From: Oscillospiraceae bacterium
Lineage (GTDB): Bacteria; Bacillota; Clostridia; Oscillospirales; Oscillospiraceae
Reading direction: 5' to 3'
Length of the DNA: 47,670 nucleotides
Assembly: GCA_035352555.1 (NCBI GenBank)
Contig: DAOPXW010000003.1
Span: 1 to 47,670 of the forward strand
Shown here: in pieces, positions 36,847 through 45,099 of the stretch
How the letters are laid out: every line of letters begins with the position of its first letter
How positions within the stretch are numbered: position 1 is the first letter of the stretch
Position numbers and translations under genes: made by a program
The notes under the pieces: model-generated
What the model was told of the DNA's origin: nothing
The model's database searches: none
What the model saw: only the letters and a program-made list of their open reading frames with translations

Positions 36847-38091
36847 ATGGACAGGGTGATCCTGCATTCGGATATCAACAACTGTTTTGCCAGCATCGAG
36901 CTGCTGTATCGGCCGGAGCTGAAGGGCCGCCCGCTGGCGGTGTGCGGGGAAGAGAGCGCCCGGCACGGCATCGTACTGTCCAAGGACGAGCTGGCCAAAA
37001 AGGCCGGGGTCAAGACCGGAGAGGCCATCTGGCAGGCAAAGCGAAAATGCCCGGACTTGCAGCTGGCGGAGCCGCACTTTGACCGCTATATCAAGTATTC
37101 CCGCATCGTCCGGGAAATTTACGCCGACTATACCGACCGCTGCGAGGCCTTCGGCATCGACGAAAGCTGGCTGGACATCACCGGCTGCTACGCCTGCCGG
37201 GACGGGGCCGAGACCGCCCGCGAGCTCAACAGGCGGGTGAGGAAGGAGACGGGTCTCACGGTGAGCGTGGGGGTCTCCTGGAACAAGGTGCTGGCCAAGC
37301 TGGGGTCGGATTATAAGAAGCCGGATGCCGTGACGGTGATCGACAGGGCGCATTTTAAGGATGTGGTGTGGCCGCTGCCCGCCGCCGATCTGCTGATGGT
37401 GGGACACAGCACGTCGGCGGGGCTGGCGCGCATGGGCATCTACACCATCGGCGACATCGCCCGGGCCGACCCGGATATCCTGCGGCAGCGCTTCGGCAAG
37501 GGGGGCGTGATGCTGCACGCCTTTGCCAACGGGCGGGACACCTCCCCCGTCCGGCGGACGGACGACGTGCCGGAGGCCAAATCCATCGGCAACAGCACCA
37601 CCGCCGCCCGGGACATCACCGACGAGCGGGAGGCGCGGCTGGTGCTGCTGACCCTGTCGGAGAGCGTGGGAGCCCGGCTGCGGGAGAGCGGAGTCAAGTG
37701 CCGCACCGTGGAGGTCTCCATCCGCTCTGCAGAAAACCTGGACTGGCGCAGCCACCGGATGCGTCTGCGCTGTGCCACCGACCTCAACGACGAGATCCTG
37801 GACTGCGCCATGGCGCTGTTCCGGGAGTGCCGGGGGGAGGGAGAAGTGCTGCGCAGCGCAGGCGTCCGGGCGCTGGAGCTGGTGCGCGCCGACGCGCCGG
37901 AGCAGCTGGATCTGATGTGCGATTACGGCACCCGGGAGAAGCTGCGGCGGCTGGACTGCGCCATGGACGGCATTCGCGGCAAGTATGGGTTCGAGAGTAT
38001 CCGCCGCGCGGCGGTGGTCTGCGACCGGCAGCTGGGCGCGCTGAACGCCAAGGACGAGCACACGGTGCATCTCACGGGCTTCGTGGGATAG
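36847..38091 (+). CDS. Y-family (DinB/UmuC-type) translesion DNA polymerase
   Basis: Has the DINNCFASIE and GIDESWLDIT catalytic blocks. At 414 aa the size is typical. Confidence 0.9.
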   Translation: MDRVILHSDINNCFASIELLYRPELKGRPLAVCGEESARHGIVLSKDELAKKAGVKTGEAIWQAKRKCPDLQLAEPHFDRYIKYSRIVREIYADYTDRCEAFGIDESWLDITGCYACRDGAETARELNRRVRKETGLTVSVGVSWNKVLAKLGSDYKKPDAVTVIDRAHFKDVVWPLPAADLLMVGHSTSAGLARMGIYTIGDIARADPDILRQRFGKGGVMLHAFANGRDTSPVRRTDDVPEAKSIGNSTTAARDITDEREARLVLLTLSESVGARLRESGVKCRTVEVSIRSAENLDWRSHRMRLRCATDLNDEILDCAMALFRECRGEGEVLRSAGVRALELVRADAPEQLDLMCDYGTREKLRRLDCAMDGIRGKYGFESIRRAAVVCDRQLGALNAKDEHTVHLTGFVG

Positions 38092-38181
38092 AGAAGAAAC
38101 CGGGTGAATGCAGCCGGCGGAAAATAGTCGGACAAATACACATTTCCGTACCTGATTTCGACGTGTAGCGATTTACCGCGC

Positions 38182-38227
38182 AGCGCCCACTTGCATTGCG
38201 GCAAGTGGGCGCTATATTTTCTGTTTT
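38182..38227 (+). terminator. Rho-independent terminator
   Basis: AGCGCCCACTTGC / GCAAGTGGGCGCT stem followed by a T-rich tract. Confidence 0.7.
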
Positions 38228-38269
38228 GCGGATTCCCGCCGATTTCCGGCCCCTCTTTTGGCGCCGGTT

Positions 38270-39601
38270 TTACTTCAGCCCCGCGCCCAGATTGTGCAGC
38301 TCCATGCTGCAGCCGATCTGGAAGAAGGCGCAGGCACCCTGATACAGCAGCTTTTGCAGGGTGTCCTGATCCGGCTCGAAACTGCCGATGAGGATGTAAA
38401 GCTCCTTGTACTGCTGGTTGATGAATTCCTGCAGTTCGTCCAGCTCAAAGTCAACGGCCCCGGCCACGGTATCGAAGATGTTGCCGGTGAAAAGCTCTCT
38501 GAATACCGCGTCCGGGTTGAAGCCCTCGCGGTCGATATGATAGCTCAGGGCGTAATAGAGGCCGGAGAGCAGGGAAATGGTGGAGACGTTGTAGTAGAGA
38601 TCCCGGTCGTCGCCGCCGTAATGGGCCACGAACTGAGGGTTGGAGAGCCAGTAGGCTACAAAGCGCTGGCCGGTCTCCCACAGGGGCTTGGCATAGAGAA
38701 TCTCATTGGCGGAGGAGAGCCACCCGCGCTCCGCGGCGGCCTGCCCGAAGGTGTGGAGAGCGTTGGTGAGGAATTCGCCCAGCACCTCACCCTCCGGCGC
38801 CGTCTCCGCGTCGCATTCGGCGGCGAAAATGCCGCAGCAGGCCCGCAGCTCCTCCGGAAGACGGCGCATCGCCTCGCTCTTGATGGCGGGCGGCACTTCA
38901 CCATAGAAGGCCTCGGCGATGGAGCCCGCGATGGCGGCGATGGTATCGGAATCCCCGCCGATGGACACGGCAGAGCGGATGGCGTCTTCAAAGTCCGAGG
39001 ACTCCAGAAAAGCCTCGATGGCCTGGGGCACGCTGCCCTGACAGGTCTCGTCGAAGCGATATCCGGCACGGATGCCGTCCAGCGTGAAGTCCAGCTTATA
39101 GTATTTTTCCTCGATATAGGCGCGGATGTCCTCTTTGCTCCTGCGGACGCGGCCCAGATAGATGGCGGCGGCCACGGCCTGCGCGCCTTTAATACCCTCA
39201 GGGTGATTATGGGTCGGTTCCGCCGATGCACGGGCCAGCATTTCGGCCTCCTCCACGCTGCCGGCGGCCCAGGCTACGGGGGATACGCGCATGGCGCTGC
39301 CGTTGCCGAAGCTGTGATAGGGGCCCATGGCGCCGTCAGCCAGCCAAAGGGCAAAGCGTCCGCCGTAGCCCCGGCCCGGATAGGCCCGGCCCAGGGCGCG
39401 CATCTGCACGGCGACCTCGTCTCGGAAGGCGGAAAGGCTCTTTCCCTCCCGATAGGCGTGCAGGGCGTTGGCCACCGCCACGGTCATCACCGTGTCGTCC
39501 GTAAAGCCGCATCCCGCGCCGAACAGCGGGAAGTCCTTGGTTTTGATGTTGTGAAACTCGTACACCGAGCCCACAATGTCGCCTACGATGGCACCGAACA
39601 T
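38270..39601 (-). CDS. ADP-ribosylglycohydrolase (ARH/DraG family) fused to a C-terminal domain of about 170 aa with unknown function
   Basis: N-terminus has GAIVGDIVGS, DDTVMT, FGNGSAMRVSP and SIGGDSDTIAAIAG. The remainder (roughly residues 270-443) matches no family I recognise. Confidence 0.85.
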   Translation of the reverse strand: MFGAIVGDIVGSVYEFHNIKTKDFPLFGAGCGFTDDTVMTVAVANALHAYREGKSLSAFRDEVAVQMRALGRAYPGRGYGGRFALWLADGAMGPYHSFGNGSAMRVSPVAWAAGSVEEAEMLARASAEPTHNHPEGIKGAQAVAAAIYLGRVRRSKEDIRAYIEEKYYKLDFTLDGIRAGYRFDETCQGSVPQAIEAFLESSDFEDAIRSAVSIGGDSDTIAAIAGSIAEAFYGEVPPAIKSEAMRRLPEELRACCGIFAAECDAETAPEGEVLGEFLTNALHTFGQAAAERGWLSSANEILYAKPLWETGQRFVAYWLSNPQFVAHYGGDDRDLYYNVSTISLLSGLYYALSYHIDREGFNPDAVFRELFTGNIFDTVAGAVDFELDELQEFINQQYKELYILIGSFEPDQDTLQKLLYQGACAFFQIGCSMELHNLGAGLK

Positions 39602-39691
39602 GGCAAGGCCCCCTCAAGTGATTTTTTCCCATTGTACCACTTGCTCAGCGCCTGAGCAAATAATTTGGGCGGGGGGAGGCAGACATTTTCT

Positions 39692-40873
39692 TCAACGCAG
39701 CTTTTCCGCAAAAATGTCCAGATGCGCCCGCAGGTCGGCGGAGCCGCGGTAACGCACCCACAGCACCGTTTTATCCCGGCGCAGCAGCAAACTCTGCCCT
39801 CCGTCGTCGGACACGCCGTACAGCGCGGTATCAAATCCGGGCGCGTCAAGCGGGGAGAGGAAGCCGTTCGCCAGCGTTTCCGTCCAGACCACGGCCAACT
39901 TCTCCGACAAGAAGCGGAAATATTGCGCGCTGTACCAGGTGTAGTATGTAAACGGAGCGTCCGCCGCAAAGCCGGGTCCCGTACTCAGCCCCTGCAGCAG
40001 ATGGAACTGCTTTGGCGCGGGGAACGTTGAATTTTCCGCGACCCGGTTTTCCCAGGAAAATCCGGAGTCGCTGTGCGGCGGGACGGCGGCACGAGCGGCA
40101 TCGATGGCCGCCGCCTCGTCCGGCGCGATGTCCGCCAGCGCGGGGAAGGGCAGGGCGGACAACTCCGCCGTGCATTCCTGGAAATTCAATTGACCGTTGT
40201 TGCGGTAATGCACAATGATAAGCCCCAGGCACAGCAGCGCGGCACACACCGCGAAAGCCCTGCGCAGCACCGCGGCGCGTGGGGCGCGGAAATTGTGCTC
40301 CGCAGCCTCACCGTTCTTCACCCGCCGATTGACGCGCACGTAAGAGAGATAGGAGTCCACACCCACGGCCAGCGCCAGCAGCACGGTGCCCCCCAGACAG
40401 ATCAGCGGCAGGAGCCCGGAGTAAACAAAATACCGCAGCAGCCCCTGTGTGCGGATGGGGATATATTGAATCCATACGGCGTTGAAAAGGAGAGTCAGTA
40501 TAAATAACCGGACGTACTGAGAATTAATCAGCATTTTCCGCAGACTATGCAGATACACCGCGTCGTCGGACTGGAGCTCCGCCGCATCCTCGTCCGCGGT
40601 GCGAAAAACGTAGGCGTCGCCCCAGGGACACACATAGTTCCAGCCGGCATCGGTACACATCGCCAGATATTCCGTCTCCGCCTCGGTCTGATAGCCCAGC
40701 GCCTGCCAGTCCAGCCGGTAACGGACAGACTTGGGGCCGGTCCTGCGGAAATTGCCGGAATGAAATGTTATGTTAACTAATTCCCAGCCGTCTTTGGCCT
40801 GCTCGGCGAGCCAGGTCTCCACGGCATCGGTCTCCCAGGCGTAGTAGGGGATGAGTTTTGTGCATGTGTGCAT
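39692..40873 (-). CDS. DUF2812-family membrane protein (paralog 2)
   Basis: N-terminus is IPYYAWETDAVETWLAEQAKDGWELV, followed by central TM helices. It is 393 aa. Confidence 0.8.
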   Translation of the reverse strand: MHTCTKLIPYYAWETDAVETWLAEQAKDGWELVNITFHSGNFRRTGPKSVRYRLDWQALGYQTEAETEYLAMCTDAGWNYVCPWGDAYVFRTADEDAAELQSDDAVYLHSLRKMLINSQYVRLFILTLLFNAVWIQYIPIRTQGLLRYFVYSGLLPLICLGGTVLLALAVGVDSYLSYVRVNRRVKNGEAAEHNFRAPRAAVLRRAFAVCAALLCLGLIIVHYRNNGQLNFQECTAELSALPFPALADIAPDEAAAIDAARAAVPPHSDSGFSWENRVAENSTFPAPKQFHLLQGLSTGPGFAADAPFTYYTWYSAQYFRFLSEKLAVVWTETLANGFLSPLDAPGFDTALYGVSDDGGQSLLLRRDKTVLWVRYRGSADLRAHLDIFAEKLR

Positions 40874-40885
40874 TTCCCGGCCCCC

Positions 40886-42067
40886 TCAACTCAGCTTTTC
40901 CGCGAAAATGTCCAGATATTCCCGCAGGTCGGCGGAGTCGAGAGAATATACCTCCAGCAGCGTGTCGCCGCGCCGCAGCCAGAGCGACTGATTGCTGTCC
41001 GCATCAAGACCGTACCACACCTCGTCGAAACCGGGATAGGCGATCGTTTCGTAATCACAGCCGTCGGCCTGGAGCGTCAACCGATCGGACAGGTAGTCCC
41101 GGGCCAGATTCTCAGACCAGAGCTTCCGATAGTAAAAAGCGCAGCCGGTGCGGGAGACGGTCTCGTATTGATTGACGCCGGCCTTTTTCCATGTGTCGAT
41201 GGTCTCCGAGACACTGTAATACGCCGGCATGGGCAGATTGCGATAGGTACAATAGTCATACGAAACGAGCTTCAGCTCTGAATGCGGCTCCCGGCTCTGG
41301 GCGGCGATTTTCGCCGCGCCCGCGGGATCGATGTTCCGCAGGGTGGCAAAGGGCAGCGCGGCAATGACCTCGTCGCTGAGAGAATCGCCTCTGTGGATAT
41401 TGGAGTACCCGGGGTGGACGACATCCAGGATCAGCGTCAGAATGAGCAGGGGCACCAGCACCGCCCGCAGCCGCGCCGCCCGGGGGGAGCGGTGGAAATG
41501 CCGGTCGACCGTGCCGTCCTTGATGCGCTTTTTTATACGGATTACCGTGACGATCTCCAGCGGGAACAGCAGCGCGGCCGCCAGACAAAACACAAATTGG
41601 TTGACAAAGCTTAAAAATCCCAGTTCCACCAGTCGGTAGGCGATGCCGTCCCGGCGGAAAAACATCGCGAGTCCCGCGATGGTAAAACCCAGCAGTATCA
41701 AAATGAAAATAGACCACCCGATCTTGCCGCGCAGCGCCTTTTCGAGACCTTCCAGATACAGCGCCGGGTCGGACTGAATCTCAACGGCGTTCTCATCCTC
41801 TGTGCGGAGCACATAGCAGTCGCCCAGATTGCAGACGAAGTCCCAGCCCGACTCTTTGCACAAGGCCAGATATTCCTCCTCGGCGCGGGTCAGACGGCCC
41901 AGCACCTGCCGATCCAGACGGTAGCGGACGCGCTTGGGCGCCGTCCGTCTGAACTGCCCAAAGTGAAGTGTTATGTCAACTAGCTCCCAGCCTTTTGCCG
42001 CCTGATCGGTCAGCCAGGTCTCGACCGCGTCCGGCTCCCAGGAGCGATAGGGGATGTATTTGATCAT
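40886..42067 (-). CDS. DUF2812-family membrane protein (paralog 1)
   Basis: N-terminus is MIKYIPYRSWEPDAVETWLTDQAAKGWELV. It is 393 aa. ATGA overlap with the padR stop. Confidence 0.8.
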   Translation of the reverse strand: MIKYIPYRSWEPDAVETWLTDQAAKGWELVDITLHFGQFRRTAPKRVRYRLDRQVLGRLTRAEEEYLALCKESGWDFVCNLGDCYVLRTEDENAVEIQSDPALYLEGLEKALRGKIGWSIFILILLGFTIAGLAMFFRRDGIAYRLVELGFLSFVNQFVFCLAAALLFPLEIVTVIRIKKRIKDGTVDRHFHRSPRAARLRAVLVPLLILTLILDVVHPGYSNIHRGDSLSDEVIAALPFATLRNIDPAGAAKIAAQSREPHSELKLVSYDYCTYRNLPMPAYYSVSETIDTWKKAGVNQYETVSRTGCAFYYRKLWSENLARDYLSDRLTLQADGCDYETIAYPGFDEVWYGLDADSNQSLWLRRGDTLLEVYSLDSADLREYLDIFAEKLS

Positions 42068-42378
42068 GGTGCCGCCTCCTTATCCGCGTCGGCCACGCAT
42101 TGCCGCAGCCGCGTCAGCTCGTCCTCGTAGGCCCCGATGCCCTTCGCGGTGATGTGATAGGTGCGTTTGCGCCCATCCAGCGCGATCTCCTCGATGAGCC
42201 TCTTTTCTCCGAAGGAGCCCAGCAGGGTATAGAGGGTGCCCGGCCCCAGCCGGACGCGCCCCCCGGTCTTGCGCTCCACCGCTTCCGCGATCTCCGTGCC
42301 GCACAGATCGGCGTGCCGCAGCGCCATCAGCACATAGAACATACTCTCCGTCAAAGTCTCCAGCGCTTTTTTCGACAT
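42064..42378 (-). CDS. PadR-family transcriptional regulator
   Basis: Has the blocks FYVLMAL...CGTEIAE and LGPGTLYTLLGSF. Confidence 0.9.
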   Translation of the reverse strand: MSKKALETLTESMFYVLMALRHADLCGTEIAEAVERKTGGRVRLGPGTLYTLLGSFGEKRLIEEIALDGRKRTYHITAKGIGAYEDELTRLRQCVADADKEAAP

Positions 42379-42403
42379 CCGCCCGCCTCCTCAAATCCAT
42401 GCA

Positions 42404-42450
42404 ATATCGAACCTCGATATCAGTATAATATCGAACTTCGATATTGTCAA
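42404..42450 (-). promoter_or_regulatory. PadR operon promoter with two 17-bp palindromic operators
   Basis: On the minus strand: TTGACA (42450-42445), 17 nt, TATACT (42427-42422). The spacer is exactly the palindrome ATATCGAAGTTCGATAT (42444-42428). A second copy, ATATCGAGGTTCGATAT (42420-42404), covers the predicted start site. Confidence 0.65.
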
Positions 42451-42569
42451 TACGCAGCGGATGGAACGGCAAAAAAACGTTGAAATCATTACATAAAATC
42501 GCTACTGCTTTAAATTGCTGTTGTTAAAACTGCATCTTCTTTAGCCCGCTAATTTGTGACAACAGCGGA

Positions 42570-42598
42570 TTGACAGGAATAGGCGCTGAGCATAGACT
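42570..42598 (+). promoter_or_regulatory. Candidate iorAB promoter
   Basis: TTGACA (42570-42575), 17 nt, TAGACT (42593-42598). Confidence 0.45.
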
Positions 42599-42690
42599 TA
42601 ATATGTTAAGGAAGCACACCGGAAGCAACAGACAGTCAAACAAAGACAGGAAAATGCAAGACAGGAAAATGTAAGAAAGGTGGAAGTCTA

Positions 42691-44442
42691 TTGAAAACAC
42701 TGATGTCCGGCAACGAAGCCGCCGCGAGAGGCGCGTATGAGGCCGGAGTAAAGGTCGGCGCCGCCTATCCCGGCACGCCCAGCACCGAAATTTTTGAGAA
42801 TCTGCCCCTTTACAAGGACGTTCTCTACTGCGAGTGGGCACCCAATGAGAAGGTCGCCGCGGAGGTTGCCTATGGCGCCTCTATGGCGGGTGTGCGCTCT
42901 CTGTGCGCCATGAAGCACGTCGGCCTGAACGTGGCCGCCGACCCCGTGTTCACCGCCGCCTACAACGGCGTGGGCAAGGGCTACGTCGTGGTCTCGGCGG
43001 ACGATCCCTCCATGCATTCCAGCCAGAACGAGCAGGACAACCGCTACTATGCCAAGGCGGCCAAAATCGCCATGGTTGAGCCTTCCGACAGTCAGGAATG
43101 CCTGGACTTCATGAAGGCCGCCTACGACATTTCCGAGCGCTTCAACATCCCCGTGCTGTACCGCAGCACGACCCGCGTCTGCCACTCCAAGTCTCTGGTG
43201 GAGACCGGCGAGCGCACCGAGCAGGAATTTCCCGAGTATAAGCGGGACATCCGTCACCGCGTCTGCATCCCCGCCTTTGCCTATCTGAACCACCCCGAGG
43301 TGGAGCAGCGTCTCGCCTCGCTGGAGGAGTACGGCTGCACCTGCCCGCTGAACAAGGTGGAGATGAACGGCACCAAGGTTGGCGTGGTCACCTCCGGCAT
43401 CGCCTATGAGTATGCCAAGGAAGTTTTCCCCAACGACACCTCTTTCCTGAAGCTGGGCCTGACCTTCCCGCTGCCCATGAAGCTCATCAGGGACTTTGCC
43501 GCCAAGGTGGATAAGCTCTGCGTCATCGAGGAGCTGGAGCCCTTCATGGAGGAGCAGATGAAAGCCGCCGGCATCGAGTGCGTGGGCAAGGACCTCACCG
43601 GCAAGCTCTACGAACTCAATCCCCAGCTGGTGGCTGAGCGCGTGTTCGGCATCAAGCCCGTCACCGTGGATGTGGGCGTCAAGCCCGTGTCCCGCCCGCC
43701 CGCGCTGTGCCCCGGCTGCCCCCACAGAGGCTTCTTCTATACCATGAGCAAGAACAAAAACTTCGTGGTCTGCGGCGATATCGGCTGCTATACCCTGGGC
43801 GCTTCCGCGCCTCTGAGCGCCATGGACACCAGTGTATGCATGGGCGGCGGCTTCTCCGTGGCCATGGGCATGGCGAAGGCTTTCGAGCAGGCCGGCGTCA
43901 CCGGCAAGACCATCTTCGGCGTGGTGGGCGACTCCACCTTCTTCCACAGCGGCATGACCGGCGCCGTGGACATCGCCTACAATAAGGGCAAGGTCATCCC
44001 CGTGGTGCTGGATAACTCCATCACCGGCATGACCGGCCATCAGGACAACCCCGGCTCCGGCGAGACCCTGATGGGCGAGACGGTGCAGGGTATCAAAATC
44101 GAGGATGTCCTGCACGCCTACGGCTACAAGAATGTCTTTATCTGCGATCCGCAGGATCTCAAGTCGATGCAGAAGGCCGTGGACGACGCAATGGCCAGCA
44201 CCGAACCCGCCGCCATTATCTCCCGCCGCCCCTGCCTGCTGATCAAGAAGATCAAGCACGACATCGGTCTGTGCGAGGTGGATCACGACAAGTGCATTGG
44301 CTGCAAGATGTGCCTGAGGGTCGGCTGCCCGGCGGTCTTTATCAAGGACGGCAAGAGCAACATCGATAAGTCCCTCTGCGTGGGCTGCACGGTCTGCGCG
44401 CAGGTCTGCCCCAAGGGCGCGATCTCGAGAAAGGAGAAGTGA
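42691..44442 (+). CDS. iorA: Indolepyruvate:ferredoxin oxidoreductase alpha subunit
   Basis: N-terminus is MKTLMSGNEAAARGAYEAG with a TTG start (AAAGGTGG is 7 nt upstream). Has a TPP domain and the C-terminal motifs CIGCKMC...CP and CVGCTVCAQVCP. Confidence 0.9.
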   Translation: MKTLMSGNEAAARGAYEAGVKVGAAYPGTPSTEIFENLPLYKDVLYCEWAPNEKVAAEVAYGASMAGVRSLCAMKHVGLNVAADPVFTAAYNGVGKGYVVVSADDPSMHSSQNEQDNRYYAKAAKIAMVEPSDSQECLDFMKAAYDISERFNIPVLYRSTTRVCHSKSLVETGERTEQEFPEYKRDIRHRVCIPAFAYLNHPEVEQRLASLEEYGCTCPLNKVEMNGTKVGVVTSGIAYEYAKEVFPNDTSFLKLGLTFPLPMKLIRDFAAKVDKLCVIEELEPFMEEQMKAAGIECVGKDLTGKLYELNPQLVAERVFGIKPVTVDVGVKPVSRPPALCPGCPHRGFFYTMSKNKNFVVCGDIGCYTLGASAPLSAMDTSVCMGGGFSVAMGMAKAFEQAGVTGKTIFGVVGDSTFFHSGMTGAVDIAYNKGKVIPVVLDNSITGMTGHQDNPGSGETLMGETVQGIKIEDVLHAYGYKNVFICDPQDLKSMQKAVDDAMASTEPAAIISRRPCLLIKKIKHDIGLCEVDHDKCIGCKMCLRVGCPAVFIKDGKSNIDKSLCVGCTVCAQVCPKGAISRKEK

Positions 44443-44445
44443 GCC

Positions 44446-45030
44446 ATGTCTGATGTGAAAAGTGTAATTCTGGTAGGCGTTGGCGGACAGGGCGCGATCC
44501 TTGTCGCCAAGATCCTGACCAACGGCCTGATCGAGGCCGGATACGATGTGAAAATGAGCGAGGTCCACGGCATGAGCCAGCGCGGCGGCTCCGTCTCCAC
44601 CCAGGTGCGCTGGGGCCGCAGGGTGTATTCCCCCCTCATCGGCTACGGCGCGGCGGACATCATGGTGGCCTTTGAAAAGATGGAGGCCGTGCGTTACGCC
44701 AACTTCATGAAGCCGGACGGCGTGTGCGTCATCAACGATTATGAGATGGCGTCCTCCACCATCGCCGCGGGACTGGCGGAGTACCCGGAGGGCTGCCTTG
44801 AGGCCATGCAGAAGCATTTCAAGGTCATCTCCCTGAACGCGGAGGAGATCGCCGAATCTCTGGGCAGCGTCAAGTGTGCCAACGTGGTGCTGTTCGGCGC
44901 CATGGTGAAGCCGCTGGGTCTGGACGACATCAACTGGGAGGAAGTCATCAAAAAGGTGGTCCCCGCCAAGTTTATCGACCTGAACCTTGCCGCCTACAAG
45001 GCCGGCATGGCCGCGGCGGAGAAATTCTGA
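44446..45030 (+). CDS. iorB: Indolepyruvate:ferredoxin oxidoreductase beta subunit
   Basis: Has GVGGQGAILVAKIL...HGMSQRGGSV, and immediately follows iorA. Confidence 0.9.
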   Translation: MSDVKSVILVGVGGQGAILVAKILTNGLIEAGYDVKMSEVHGMSQRGGSVSTQVRWGRRVYSPLIGYGAADIMVAFEKMEAVRYANFMKPDGVCVINDYEMASSTIAAGLAEYPEGCLEAMQKHFKVISLNAEEIAESLGSVKCANVVLFGAMVKPLGLDDINWEEVIKKVVPAKFIDLNLAAYKAGMAAAEKF

Positions 45031-45042
45031 AAATCAGCCGAA

Positions 45043-45094
45043 GCAGAAGAATACAGACCGTCTCCCGCAGGGGAGACGGTCTGTATTCTTCTGC
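45043..45094. terminator. 24-bp perfect stem-loop between convergent iorB and ybaB
   Basis: GCAGAAGAATACAGACCGTCTCCC, a GCAG loop, then GGGAGACGGTCTGTATTCTTCTGC. There is no clear U-tract on either side. Confidence 0.6.
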
Positions 45095-45099
45095 GCGGA

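Noticed and set aside
39611-40892. Shared 11-mer TTGAGGGGGCC upstream of both the ARH gene and DUF2812 paralog 2
   Set aside because: In both cases it is most simply the SD (GAGGGGG) with fortuitous flanks. That is not enough to call a repeat element.
42604-42674. 14-bp tandem direct repeat AAGACAGGAAAATG (42643-42656 and 42658-42671) and a 23-codon mini-ORF in the iorA leader
   Set aside because: The mini-ORF has no SD and starts too close to the -10. The repeat is short and purine-rich and may simply reflect A-rich leader composition. It is noted but not supported as a regulatory element.
42688-44817. 709-aa ORF on the minus strand
   Set aside because: It is antisense to iorA and iorB, which have clear TPP and ferredoxin motifs and proper SD sequences.
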